From Anaeromyxobacteraceae bacterium (GTDB taxonomy: Bacteria; Myxococcota; Myxococcia; Myxococcales; Anaeromyxobacteraceae), in assembly GCA_032654565.1 (NCBI GenBank), contig JAULAX010000005.1, forward strand, positions 64,001 through 128,000: 64,000 nt of DNA, given 5' to 3'. Each line of letters starts with the position of its first letter. The stretch's first letter is position 1. A program made the position numbers and the translations under genes. Below the pieces are notes generated by a model that saw only the letters and a list, made by a program, of their open reading frames with translations, searched no databases and was not told where the DNA came from. Of this stretch, positions 27,077 to 38,059 are shown piece by piece.

Positions 27077-27966
27077 GTGAGGGGCTCCGCGGCCGGCAGG
27101 GTGATGGTGAAGGCCGCCCCCTGGCCCACCTCCGAGCGGACCGCGATCTTGCCGCGGTGGGCGCCGACGATGTGCTTGACCATGGCCAGCCCCAGCCCCG
27201 AGCCCTCGATGGTCCGCTGCAGCGGATCCCGGGCCCGGTAGAACTTCTCGAAGATCCGCTTCTGCTCCGGGGCGGCGATGCCCGGCCCGTTGTCGGCCAC
27301 GGTGATCACCACCGCCGGCCCGCTGCGAGCCGCGCTGACGGTGATCCGCTTGTCCGGGCCGGTGTACTTGTGGGCGTTGTAGAGCAGGTCGAGCAGGGCG
27401 CCGCTGAGCGCCTCGCGGTCGGCCACCACCTCGGGGAGGTCGGGCGGGAGCTCGCGGGTGAGCGCCACCGGGTGGGAGAGCCGCATGGGCTCGAAGGCGT
27501 GGAGGGCGTCCTCGACGATGGGGGCGAGGGGCTGGCGCTGCAGGTCGAAGCGGCGACGCCCCGACTCCATGCGGGCCCAGTCGAGCAGCCGGTTGATGTG
27601 GGCGGAGAGGCGGGCCGTCTCCTCGGCGATGATCTCCAGCGCCTCGGCGCGGCGCACCTCGTCGGTGAGCCGCCCCATCTGCAGGGTCTCGACGAACATC
27701 CGGATCGAGGTGAGCGGGGTGCGCAGGTCGTGTGAGACCTTGTTGACGAAGTCGGTCTGCAGGCGGGCCACCCGGGCCTCGCGCTGCACCACGATGAGGG
27801 TGGCGGCGCTGCCGGCCACCGTGGTGGCCACCAGGGTGAGGATCAGGGCGCCGAAGACGTAGTCGCGCGGCGCCGCGCCGAAGACCAGGATCAGCACCCC
27901 CACCGTCAGCATCAGGGCCGCGGGGATGAAGACGAAGCCGATGATCAGGGGCAGGACGCGGCGCAC
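27073..27966 (-). CDS. Membrane sensor histidine kinase (2 TM, essentially no periplasmic domain)
   Basis: VSHDLRTPL, NAHKY, DNGPGI, GSGLGL; start GTG 27966 proposed from a -10 element (track start 28062). Confidence 0.9.
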   Translation of the reverse strand: MRRVLPLIIGFVFIPAALMLTVGVLILVFGAAPRDYVFGALILTLVATTVAGSAATLIVVQREARVARLQTDFVNKVSHDLRTPLTSIRMFVETLQMGRLTDEVRRAEALEIIAEETARLSAHINRLLDWARMESGRRRFDLQRQPLAPIVEDALHAFEPMRLSHPVALTRELPPDLPEVVADREALSGALLDLLYNAHKYTGPDKRITVSAARSGPAVVITVADNGPGIAAPEQKRIFEKFYRARDPLQRTIEGSGLGLAMVKHIVGAHRGKIAVRSEVGQGAAFTITLPAAEPLT

Positions 27967-28072
27967 GGGGGCTACCCTACCATCGCCCTCCGGCGGGTGG
28001 ACCGGCCGGGTGCCCGGCCTCGCGCCCCTGGCGACGGCCGCGGGCGACGACCGGGGAGTCATGCGCCGCGCC

Positions 28073-29419
<1,347 letters not shown>

Positions 29420-29682
29420 CCAGCATCCTCATCGGGACCGCACCATCGCCCGGTCCGGGCTGGTGAACGGCCCTGCCGGAGGCTGTGACATGCAGGATCC
29501 GTTCGCGGGTGGTCCCGCCCCGGCCACCCGAGGACAGCTGGAACGTCGGCCACTTCCGGCGCGGACGGGTCGGGCCAGGTGCGCCGCGGCATGGGTGGAG
29601 CGTGCCCCGCGGGTGCGCCCGGCCCCATCCGGCACCCATCCGCCGGCACCCATCCCCCACGACGGCGGAGCCGCTCAGCCGC

Positions 29683-29889
29683 TCAGCCGCGCAGGCGCCC
29701 CGGCCTGCCCAGCAGGCGCGCCGGCAGGAGGAGCACCGCGCCGAGGAACCCGAACACGCCGTCGACCGCCGCGCCCAGCAGCCGGAACGGCAGCAGCAGC
29801 AGCCAGACCAGCGGGTAGAGGACCAGGGCCAGCAGGGCCAGCGGCCAGCTGACCACCAGGAGCAGGAGCCAGAGCAGGAAGGTGACCAT
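29683..29889 (-). CDS. Small hydrophobic membrane protein (68 aa)
   Basis: Leu-rich TM segments; TAGGAT 8 nt before the ATG. Confidence 0.75.
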   Translation of the reverse strand: MVTFLLWLLLLVVSWPLALLALVLYPLVWLLLLPFRLLGAAVDGVFGFLGAVLLLPARLLGRPGRLRG

Positions 29890-29953
29890 GATCGGTGATC
29901 CTACGCCCGCCCCGTGCCGATATTCCCGCGCCCCGGCCCGCGGCGGCCCCGCC

Positions 29954-31465
29954 TCACCGCCTCGCGCCCTCAGGCCCCTCCAGCCCGTACTTCCGCGGGT
30001 TCCCGCACACCACCGCCGCCGCCAGCACCCGGGGGACGTAGTCCATGGTCTCGCGGGGCAGCCGGCGCAGGCGGTAGAGGTGCCAGAAGTCGCGCTTCTC
30101 CTTGCGGAAGCCGTCCTTCTCCTGCGCCACCTGGAGCAGCACCCGCCGCACCCCGGCCTCGCCGCTGTTGTAGCTGGCCATGGCCAGCATGAAGGAGTCG
30201 GACCCGAACACCGAGAGCAGGCTGGCCAGCTTGGCGGCGGCGGCCCGGGTCTGCTTCTCCACGTCGAGCCGCTCGTCGACCTGGTCGTCGACCCGCAGCC
30301 CCAGCTCCCGGGCGGTGCCGGCGGTCATCTGCCACATGCCCCGGGCCCCGGCCGGCGAGGTCTTCTCGGCGTCGAACTGGGTCTCGGCCCAGGCGATGTA
30401 GGCCATCTCCTCGGGCAGGCCGAGCCGGGAGAAGGCCTCGGTGATGGCCGGCCAGTGGCGGTTGCGGCGCCCGTAGACGAACTTGAGGTTCCCGGCCCGG
30501 GCCAGCACCTCCACCTCGCGCCGCAGGGTCTCCCGGAAGAGGGGCGGGATGGCGTAGGTGGGGGCGTCGAACTTGGCCAGGATCCGCCGGATGGCCAGCT
30601 CCAGCTCGTCGCCCTCGTTGCGCAGCGCCTCGGCGCGGGAGCGATCCTGCAGGGCCACCTCGCCGATGGTGTTCTGGGCGTTGCCGGTGAGCTGGGCCAG
30701 CCGCTGCTCCAGCTCGGCCAGCCGCGTCTCCTCGGTCTCCTGCTCCATGGCCCGCTGCACCTGCTCGATCTCGCGGTCCAGGGCCGTCTTGCGCGACACC
30801 AGCGCCTCGATCTCCTGGCGCTGCTTCCAGATGACCACGCCCATGCCGGCCGCCACCAGCAGGCCCAGCCCGCCCACCGCCGCCACCACCTTGAGCCACT
30901 TGCGGCTGGAGCGCTGCTGCACCGCCGCCACCGCGGCGGCCATGATCCCCATGGTCTGCCCGGAGCTGCGGCCGCCGGCCTTGGCGCGCTCGGCGGCCAC
31001 CCGGTGCGCGGCCTCGCCGGCCACCCGCGCCGCCGAGGTGTCGCCGCGGCGCCCCAGGGCCTCGGCCACCTCGGCGATGGCCCGGGGGGCGGCCTGGCTG
31101 GAGATGGCCCGGGTGGCGTGGCGCGGGTCGGGCGTCGCCGACGAGGATCGCCGGGGCTCCCCGAGCGCGTCGACCCGGAGCACCACGCCGTCCTCGCCGC
31201 CCAGCCGCAGCAGGTCTCCGGGCTGGAGCGGCTGCTTGACCACCGCCCGGCCGTTGACGCTGGTGCCGTTGGTCGAGCCGGTGTCGATGACCAGGTGCGA
31301 CCCCTCCTCGACGACGATCTCGGCGTGGTGGCTGGAGACCGTCAGGTCCTGCTCGCCGTCGAAGCGGACGTCGCAGTCCTCCGACCGGCCCAGGCGGATG
31401 ACCGCCTGCTCCAGCCGGAGCTGCTGGCCCTGGCGGGCCCCGGTGAGGATGGTGAGCTGGACCAT
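29954..31465 (-). CDS. FHA-TM-coiled coil-lytic transglycosylase (SLT/MltD-like) fusion
   Basis: FHA LGRS..VSSHHA..STNGT; SLT AET, GARGMWQM, ASYNSGE, ETMDYV. Confidence 0.88.
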   Translation of the reverse strand: MVQLTILTGARQGQQLRLEQAVIRLGRSEDCDVRFDGEQDLTVSSHHAEIVVEEGSHLVIDTGSTNGTSVNGRAVVKQPLQPGDLLRLGGEDGVVLRVDALGEPRRSSSATPDPRHATRAISSQAAPRAIAEVAEALGRRGDTSAARVAGEAAHRVAAERAKAGGRSSGQTMGIMAAAVAAVQQRSSRKWLKVVAAVGGLGLLVAAGMGVVIWKQRQEIEALVSRKTALDREIEQVQRAMEQETEETRLAELEQRLAQLTGNAQNTIGEVALQDRSRAEALRNEGDELELAIRRILAKFDAPTYAIPPLFRETLRREVEVLARAGNLKFVYGRRNRHWPAITEAFSRLGLPEEMAYIAWAETQFDAEKTSPAGARGMWQMTAGTARELGLRVDDQVDERLDVEKQTRAAAAKLASLLSVFGSDSFMLAMASYNSGEAGVRRVLLQVAQEKDGFRKEKRDFWHLYRLRRLPRETMDYVPRVLAAAVVCGNPRKYGLEGPEGARR

Positions 31466-31546
31466 GCGGCGTGCGGAACGCTCCCACGCCGGGTGGGCGC
31501 ACCGCAAGCGAGCTTCGACGGCTCCAGGCCCGGGGCGGGCCGCCGC

Positions 31547-33703
31547 TCAGTGGAAGGTGGCGCCGGTGCGGGCCTTCTCGAGGAGCAGCGGGGCCGGGGC
31601 GAACCGCTCGCCGTGCTCCTGGCGCAGCCGCTCCAGCTTCTCCACCACCACCCGGGCCCCCATGGCGTCGGCCAGCCGGAACGGGCCGCCGCGGAAGGGC
31701 GGGAAGCCGATGCCGAAGACCGCGCCGATGTCGCCGTCGCGCGGGGTGCGGATGACCCCGTCGCCGAGGCTGCGGGCCGCCTCGTTGACCAGCGCCAGCA
31801 CCAGCCGCTCCGCCATCTCGACGCGCGGGAAGCGCTTGCGGCTCCGTCCGCCGGGGAGCAGGTCGTAGACGCTGCCGTCCACCACCTTCTTCTTCCCCTC
31901 GCCGTAGGTGTAGAAGCCCTTGCCGTTCTTGCGCCCCAGCCGGCCCGACTGCAGCACCAGCCCGAGGGCGTCGGGCGGCTTCATGCGGTCGCCGTAGCCG
32001 GCGTGCAGGATGGTGCTGACCTTGGCGCCGACGTCGATGCCCACCTCGTCGAGCAGGGTGATGGGGCCGACCGGGTAGCCGTAGGCCACCAGCGCCGCGT
32101 CCAGCTCGTCGATGGCCGCCCCCTCGGCCAGCAGCCAGGCGGCCTCGTTCATGTACGGCCCGAGCACCCGGTTGGTGTAGAAGCCGGGCACGTCGCCGAC
32201 GATGATCACCGTCTTGCCCTGCCGCTTGCCGAGCGCCACCGCGGTGGCGATCACCTCTGGCGCGGTGCGCGGGGTGGCGATCACCTCCAGCAGCGGCATC
32301 TTGTTGACCGGCGAGAAGTAGTGCATCCCGATCACCGCCTCGGGCCGGGCGGCGGCGCTGGCGATGTCGGCGATGGGGATCGACGAGGTGTTGGTGGCGA
32401 AGATGCCTGCGGCGTTGACGGCCTCGAAGGCCTTGAGCATCTCCTGCTTCAGCGTCAGGTCCTCGAAGACCGCCTCGACCAGCACGTCGACGTGGGCCAG
32501 GCCGTCCCAGCCGGTGGTGGTGGTGATGAGCCGCATGGCGGCGTCGCGGTCGAGCCGCTCCAGCGACCGGCGCTTGACCCGCTCGGCGAAGAGGCCGCCG
32601 ACGTTGGCCAGGGCCCTGGCGGCCGCGGCGTCGTTCTGCTCGCGCAGCCGGACCGGGATGCCGGCGTTGACGGTGACGTAGGCGATGCCCCCGCCCATCA
32701 GCCCGCCGCCCAGCACCCCGACCCGCTCCACGGTGCGGGCCTTCACCGAGGGATCGGCGACGCCGCTCTCCCGCTTCATGGCGGTCTGGGCGAAGAAGAT
32801 CTCCACCAGCCGCCGGGAGACCTCGCTCACCGCCAGCTTCCCGAAGGCGGTGGCCTCGGCGGCCTGCCCGGCCGCCAGCCCCTGGGCGGCGCCGACGCGG
32901 ATGGCCTCCAGCGCCAGCTCCGGGGCCGGGTAGTTGCCCCTGGTCTTCTTGAGCAGCTGCTCCCGGGCCTTGGAGAAGAGCACGGCGCGGCCGATGGGGT
33001 TCGACTCCAGCAGCGCCGCCTGCGCCGCCGCCAGTCCGGCCGGCGGGCGCGGCATGGGGCGCAGCGGCCTGAGGCTGCCGTCGGCGAGGGCGCGGGCCCG
33101 CTCCGCCGCCACCCGGCGCAGGATGGGGGCCGGGCAGGCCTCGTCGACGATCCCCAGCGAGAGGGCCTTCTTCACCTTCACGGTCTTGCCGGCGAGGATC
33201 AGGTCGAGGGCGTTGGCGATGCCGATGAGGCGGGGCAGGCGCTGGGTGCCGCCGGCGCCGGGGAGCAGGCCGAGCTGCACCTCGGGGAGGCCGAGCTGGG
33301 TCTTCGGGTCGTTGCTGGCGACGCGGTAGGTGCAGGCCAGCGCCCACTCCAGCCCGCCGCCCAGGCAGGCGCCGTGGATGGCCGCCACCACCGGCTTCGG
33401 GTAGGCCTCGAGCCGGTCGAAGCCGGCCTGCCCCTGGCGGGAGAGGTCCTCGGCCTCGGCGGCGCTCTTCACCGCCCGGATCATCTCGATGCGGGCCCCG
33501 GCGATGAAGCCGTCGCGCTTGCCGGAGGCCAGCACGATGGCCTTCACGGCCGGGTCGCGCTCGTAGCGGGTGAGCAGGGCGTCGAACTCGGCGCCGACGT
33601 CGGGCGAGAGGGTGTTGACGGTCTCGCCGGGGAGATCGAGGAGCAGGGTGGCGATGCCGTCGGCGAGCTCGACGGTGAAGCACTTCGGGGCGGCCGTGGT
33701 CAT
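31547..33703 (-). CDS. fadJ: Fatty acid oxidation complex alpha subunit
   Basis: Crotonase [46 protein letters not shown]; start ATG 33703. Confidence 0.92.
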   Translation of the reverse strand: MTTAAPKCFTVELADGIATLLLDLPGETVNTLSPDVGAEFDALLTRYERDPAVKAIVLASGKRDGFIAGARIEMIRAVKSAAEAEDLSRQGQAGFDRLEAYPKPVVAAIHGACLGGGLEWALACTYRVASNDPKTQLGLPEVQLGLLPGAGGTQRLPRLIGIANALDLILAGKTVKVKKALSLGIVDEACPAPILRRVAAERARALADGSLRPLRPMPRPPAGLAAAQAALLESNPIGRAVLFSKAREQLLKKTRGNYPAPELALEAIRVGAAQGLAAGQAAEATAFGKLAVSEVSRRLVEIFFAQTAMKRESGVADPSVKARTVERVGVLGGGLMGGGIAYVTVNAGIPVRLREQNDAAAARALANVGGLFAERVKRRSLERLDRDAAMRLITTTTGWDGLAHVDVLVEAVFEDLTLKQEMLKAFEAVNAAGIFATNTSSIPIADIASAAARPEAVIGMHYFSPVNKMPLLEVIATPRTAPEVIATAVALGKRQGKTVIIVGDVPGFYTNRVLGPYMNEAAWLLAEGAAIDELDAALVAYGYPVGPITLLDEVGIDVGAKVSTILHAGYGDRMKPPDALGLVLQSGRLGRKNGKGFYTYGEGKKKVVDGSVYDLLPGGRSRKRFPRVEMAERLVLALVNEAARSLGDGVIRTPRDGDIGAVFGIGFPPFRGGPFRLADAMGARVVVEKLERLRQEHGERFAPAPLLLEKARTGATFH

Positions 33704-33731
33704 GGGGGTGGTCTCCAGGGAGGCGGGCGCG

Positions 33732-35039
33732 CTACTCGCGCTCCAGCACCACCGCCGCGCCCAGCGCGCCGGCGGCACAGATGGTGATCAGCGCGTACTG
33801 CTTGCGGCGGCGCTGCAGCTCGCGGAGCGTCTGGGTGATCATGCGGGCGCCGGTGGCGGCGAAGGGGTGGCCGAGCGCGATCGATCCGCCGTTGACGTTG
33901 AGCCTGGCCGGGTCGACCTCGCCGAGCGGCGCCTGGCGGCGCAGCTCCTTCTCGGCGAAGGCCTTGCTGGCGAAGGCCTGCAGGTTGGAGAGCACCTGGG
34001 CGGCGAAGGCCTCGTGCATGTCCACCAGGTCCATGTCCTGCAGCGTCAGCCCGGCCCGGTCGAGGGCGATGGGGGCGGCGTAGGCCGGCCCCTGCAGCAG
34101 CTGGTCGCGGGGGTCGAGGCCGGCGTAGCCGTAGCTGCGGATGTAGCCGAGCGGCGTCAGGCCCAGCGCCTTGGCCTTCTCCTCGGCCATGACGATGACC
34201 GCGGCGGCGCCGTCGGTGAGCGGCGAGGCGTTGCCGGCGGTGACCGTGCCGTACTTCCGGTCGAAGACCGGCTTGAGCGCGGCGAGGGCGTCGAGGGTGG
34301 TGTCGGCGCGGACGATGTTGTCCTTGGCCGAGACCCGCTCGAAGCGCGGCGGCACCGCCACGTGCATCACCTCGGCGTCGAAGGCGCCGCTGGCCCAGGC
34401 GGCGGCGGCCCGCTGGTGGGAGAGCGCCGCCAGCTCGTCCTGGGCCCGGCGGGAGATGCCGTTCTTCTGGGCCATCTGCTCGGCGCTCTGGCCCATGGAG
34501 AGCCCGGTGGTGGGCTCGGTCAGGGCCGGCGGCTCGGGGCGCAGGTCGGCGAGCTGCAGCGAGGTGATGATGGAGAGCCGCTGCGAGAGGCTGCGGGCCT
34601 TGGAGAGCTCCACCAGCTTCTGGGCCAGGCGGCGGGAGGCGAAGATGGGGGCGTCGGAGATCGACTCGGCGCCGCCGGCGAGGGCGCAGTCGGCGTGGCC
34701 GAGCGCGATCTGGTCGGCGGCGCTGGTGGCGGCCTGCAGCGAGGTGGCGCAGGCGCGGGAGACGGTGTGGGCCTCCACGGAGCGGGGGAGCTGGGAGCGG
34801 AGCACCATCTCCCGGCCGATCAGCGTCACCAGCTTGGAGGGGACCACCTGGCCGAAGGTGACCATGTCGAAGGTGCTGGGCGGCAGGCCGGAGCGGGCCA
34901 CCAGCTCGTTGACCACCAGGGCCCCGAGGTCGATGGCCGAGAGGTCCTTGAAGTCGGAGCCCGCCTTGACGAACGGGGTGCGGAGCCCGGCGATGACCGC
35001 CGCGCGACGTCCGGGGCGGAGGGGATCGGAGATGGCCAT
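33732..35039 (-). CDS. fadI: 3-ketoacyl-CoA thiolase
   Basis: SRACATS, HEAFA, GHPFAATG, ICAAGA; adjacent to fadJ. Confidence 0.92.
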   Translation of the reverse strand: MAISDPLRPGRRAAVIAGLRTPFVKAGSDFKDLSAIDLGALVVNELVARSGLPPSTFDMVTFGQVVPSKLVTLIGREMVLRSQLPRSVEAHTVSRACATSLQAATSAADQIALGHADCALAGGAESISDAPIFASRRLAQKLVELSKARSLSQRLSIITSLQLADLRPEPPALTEPTTGLSMGQSAEQMAQKNGISRRAQDELAALSHQRAAAAWASGAFDAEVMHVAVPPRFERVSAKDNIVRADTTLDALAALKPVFDRKYGTVTAGNASPLTDGAAAVIVMAEEKAKALGLTPLGYIRSYGYAGLDPRDQLLQGPAYAAPIALDRAGLTLQDMDLVDMHEAFAAQVLSNLQAFASKAFAEKELRRQAPLGEVDPARLNVNGGSIALGHPFAATGARMITQTLRELQRRRKQYALITICAAGALGAAVVLERE

Positions 35040-35080
35040 GTGGACCCTCGTTGATTCTGGAATCGGTCGGTGGTCCGTCC

Positions 35081-35109
35081 TGTGTAGCGGTCTCGCCGCG
35101 AGGCGTCAA
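35081..35109 (-). promoter_or_regulatory. sigma70 promoter of fadIJ
   Basis: TTGACG-N17-TACACA; palindrome GATTCTGGAATC (35053-64) downstream is a possible operator. Confidence 0.6.
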
Positions 35110-35167
35110 CCCATGAGCGCCGCTTTCTCTCCTTGCGCCACCGGGTCGAGGAGGCCAGCATCACCGC

Positions 35168-35647
35168 ATGAAGCGGAGCCGCGAACTCAGGCCGCTCTCG
35201 TCGGAGCACCACCAGGCGCTCCTCGTCGCCTTCCAGGTGAAGAAGGCGCTCGAGGGCCACCCCGAGGCGGCCGGCGCGCCCCGCGACCTGCCCGGGCTGC
35301 TGTCGCTGGCGCGGCGCTTCGAGGGGCAGGTCTTCACGCCCCACGCCGCGGCCGAGGAGGCGCTGCTGGGCGGCCACCTGGCCGGGGACGACCGGCGGCG
35401 GCTGTCGGCGGAGCACATCGAGCTGAAGGAGCTGGTGGAGCACGCCCGCACCGCGGCCCCCGGGGAGCAGCGGGCGGCGCTGGCGGCCTTCGCCGACCTG
35501 CTGGAGCGCCACGTCCGCTGGGAGGAGCGCGAGCTCTTCCCCTACGCCGAGGCCCACCTGGACGCCGCGGCGCTGGCGGTGATCGGCGGCGAGCTGGAGC
35601 TGCGGCTGGTGCTGGCCGGCCAGGGGTCGAAGGGCGCGCGGCGCTGA
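35168..35647 (+). CDS. Hemerythrin-like (HHE) domain protein
   Basis: LSSEHHQAL, HAAAEE, AEH, HVRWEERELF. Confidence 0.85.
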   Translation: MKRSRELRPLSSEHHQALLVAFQVKKALEGHPEAAGAPRDLPGLLSLARRFEGQVFTPHAAAEEALLGGHLAGDDRRRLSAEHIELKELVEHARTAAPGEQRAALAAFADLLERHVRWEERELFPYAEAHLDAAALAVIGGELELRLVLAGQGSKGARR

Positions 35648-35719
35648 GGTGGGGCCCGTGCCACGGTCGACCGCGGCCCCGGCCGTGCCGTTGCGCGCGC
35701 GGCGGCCGGGCCGTACCTT

Positions 35720-36715
35720 GTGGCCACCGTGATCGAGGTCCGCGAGCTGCAGAAGCACTACCAGGTCCACCAGCGCCAGCCAGGCCTCGGCGCTGCGCTG
35801 GCCTCGGTCTTCCGCCGCAGGTACCAGACGGTGAAGGCGGTCGACGGCCTCTCATTCACGGTTCGTGAAGGAGAGCGGGTCGGCTTCCTCGGCCCCAACG
35901 GCGCCGGAAAGACCACCACCCTCAAGATCCTGTCCGGCCTGCTCCACCCCACGGCCGGCGAGGTGACGGTGGGCGGCCGCCGGCCCCAGCTGCGGGAGAC
36001 CGAGTTCCTCAAGTCGATCACCCTGGTGATGGGGCAGAAGCAGCAGCTGATCTGGGACCTGCCGCCGGCCGAGACCTTCGCGCTCAACCGCGCCATCTAC
36101 GACCTGCCCCGGGCCCAGTTCGAGGAGACGCTGGGCGAGCTGTCGCGACTGCTGGAGCTGGGGGACCTGGTCAGCCGGCCCACCCGGCAGCTCAGCCTGG
36201 GGGAGCGGATGAAGTGCGAGCTGGCGGCGGCGCTGCTGCACCGGCCGCGGGTGCTCTTCCTCGACGAGCCCACCATCGGGCTCGACGTCTCCATGCAGGG
36301 CACGGTGCGCGGCTTCATCAAGGCCTACAACGAGCGGTTCGGCGCCACCGTCATCCTCACCAGCCACTACATGGAGGACGTGGTGCAGCTCTGTCCGCGG
36401 GTGGTGGTGATCGACAAGGGGCGGCTCATCCACGACGGCGACCTGCGCGAGCTGACGCTGCGGCTCAAGCCGGACAAGCGCATCTCGCTGCGCTTCACCG
36501 GGGCGGCGCCGGCGGCGGCCGAGCTGGCCCGCTTCGGCGAGGTGGTGTCGGCCGACGGGGTCCGGGCGGTGGTGCAGGTGAAGGCCGAGCAGGTGGCCGG
36601 GGCGGTGGGGGCGCTGCTGGCGGCGCTTCCGGTGGCCGACCTGACCGTGGAGGATCCGCCGCTCGAGGAGGTGATGAAGGAGCTCTTCGAGCGGGGACGG
36701 GCAGGAGCGGAGTAG
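35720..36715 (+). CDS. ABC transporter ATP-binding protein (ABC-2 type)
   Basis: GPNGAGKTT, LSLGE, LFLDEPT, TSH; start may be GTG 35729. Confidence 0.92.
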   Translation: MATVIEVRELQKHYQVHQRQPGLGAALASVFRRRYQTVKAVDGLSFTVREGERVGFLGPNGAGKTTTLKILSGLLHPTAGEVTVGGRRPQLRETEFLKSITLVMGQKQQLIWDLPPAETFALNRAIYDLPRAQFEETLGELSRLLELGDLVSRPTRQLSLGERMKCELAAALLHRPRVLFLDEPTIGLDVSMQGTVRGFIKAYNERFGATVILTSHYMEDVVQLCPRVVVIDKGRLIHDGDLRELTLRLKPDKRISLRFTGAAPAAAELARFGEVVSADGVRAVVQVKAEQVAGAVGALLAALPVADLTVEDPPLEEVMKELFERGRAGAE

Positions 36716-36736
36716 GCCCGGTCCCGACCGAGAGTA

Positions 36737-36770
36737 CCGCGGGACGGCCGGGGGTCCGCGGGACGGCCGG
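36737..36770 (+). repeat. 15-bp perfect direct repeat, 2 copies
   Basis: CCGCGGGACGGCCGG at 36737 and 36756. Confidence 0.8.
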
Positions 36771-36810
36771 TGACGGCTGAGGAAAACCCAAAGGGAATGC
36801 GGGGCTCCGG

Positions 36811-36825
36811 TGGCACGGGGCCTGC
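36811..36825 (+). promoter_or_regulatory. sigma54 -24/-12 promoter of the transposase
   Basis: TGGCACGGGGCCTGC = GG-N10-GC. Confidence 0.7.
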
Positions 36826-36838
36826 CTTACCCAGAGGC

Positions 36839-37723
36839 ATGACCGCCCCCCGACAGGTCCTCCCCGGCACCACCTACCTCGTCACCCGCCGCTGCACCCA
36901 GCGCCAGTTCCTCCTTCGCCCCTCCAGGCCGGCCAGCCAGGTCTTCCTCTACCTCCTCGCGGTCGCCGCCGAGCGCTACGGCATCGAGGTCCACGCCTAC
37001 TGCGTCATGTCGAACCACTACCACCTGGTGGTGACCGACCCCCACGCCCGCCTCCCGCTGTTCCACCTCTTCCTCGACGGCCTCGCCGGCCGGGCCCTCA
37101 ACGCCCTGCTCGGTCGTCGCGAGGACTTCTGGGGCCCCGACAGCTACAGCGCCGTCGAGCTGGCCAGCCCGCAGGCCGTCGTCGACAAGGCCGCCTACAC
37201 CCTGGCCAACCCGGTGGCGGCCGGGCTGGTCCGGTCGGCCCGTCGCTGGCCGGGGCTCTGGTCATCGCCTGACGAGGTGGGAGCAACCGGGCGCCAGGTG
37301 AAGCGCCCCACCCACTTCTTCGACCAGAAGGGGACCATGCCCGAGTCGGCGACCCTCACGCTCACCACCCCGCCCGGGTTTCCCACCGCCGCCGCGTTCC
37401 GGGACCGGCTCTCCGCCGCGCTCGCAGAGCGGGAGGCCGTGGCGGTGAAGAAGGTCGGCACCTTCCTCGGCGTGGCCAAGGTGCTGGCGCAGAAGACCAC
37501 CGCCCGAGCCAGGGAGCCGCAGCCGCTCGGCCAGCTCAACCCGAGGGTGGCGGCGCGCGACAGGTGGAAGCGGATCGAGGCGCTGGGCAGGCTGGTGGGC
37601 TTCCTCGCCGACTACCGGGCGGCGTTGCACCAGTGGCGCGCCGGCAACAGGAGCGCCGTCTTCCCTGCCGGCACCTACCTGATGCGGGTCGCCTGCGGTG
37701 TCGCCTGCGCCGGCGCTGGTTAG
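36839..37723 (+). CDS. REP-associated tyrosine transposase-like (Y1 HUH, IS200-like fold) with C-terminal extension
   Basis: YLVTRRC, AYCVMSNHYHLV (HUH), YTLANPVAAGLV..WP (catalytic Tyr). Confidence 0.9.
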   Translation: MTAPRQVLPGTTYLVTRRCTQRQFLLRPSRPASQVFLYLLAVAAERYGIEVHAYCVMSNHYHLVVTDPHARLPLFHLFLDGLAGRALNALLGRREDFWGPDSYSAVELASPQAVVDKAAYTLANPVAAGLVRSARRWPGLWSSPDEVGATGRQVKRPTHFFDQKGTMPESATLTLTTPPGFPTAAAFRDRLSAALAEREAVAVKKVGTFLGVAKVLAQKTTARAREPQPLGQLNPRVAARDRWKRIEALGRLVGFLADYRAALHQWRAGNRSAVFPAGTYLMRVACGVACAGAG

Positions 37724-38059
37724 CCGCGACGACCACGCGGGCCTCACCACCCTCGCCACCAGCAGTCTCCGGGAGCCACCCAGGCCTCGAGGGGCCGAGG
37801 CGTGTGCCCCTGCCCTCACCGAGCGCTTCTGGCAGCCCGACGCGCTGCGGCCTCAACCCCCGCTGAGGCACCACCTCACCACCTCGGCGCCTCCCTGACC
37901 AACGATCGCGGCCCCGGATCCCCAACGGCCCCTGGCCGAGGCCGGCCTCGCCAGGCCCGAACTCTCGGTCGGGAACACACTCGGTCGTGTCCCGAATGCT
38001 TACCCTCGGACGGGAAGGAGAGAGGGGAGAGGGGAGAGGAGGAGGGAGGGGAGGGCGCC

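Larger units (their letters stand above)
36722..37974 (+). mobile_element. RAYT-like element bounded by perfect 14-bp inverted repeats
   Basis: TCCCGACCGAGAGT (36722-35) and ACTCTCGGTCGGGA (37961-74) flank the transposase gene. Confidence 0.65.

Noticed and set aside
29485..29510. sigma54 promoter for the second DGC
   Set aside because: A -12-like CTGCA is present but the invariant -24 GG is missing
29882..33787. Long ORFs antisense to fadJ, the kinases, the OPTs and pepA (e.g. 1301, 1283 and 1265 aa)
   Set aside because: Antisense mirrors caused by GC3 codon bias; no domain motifs
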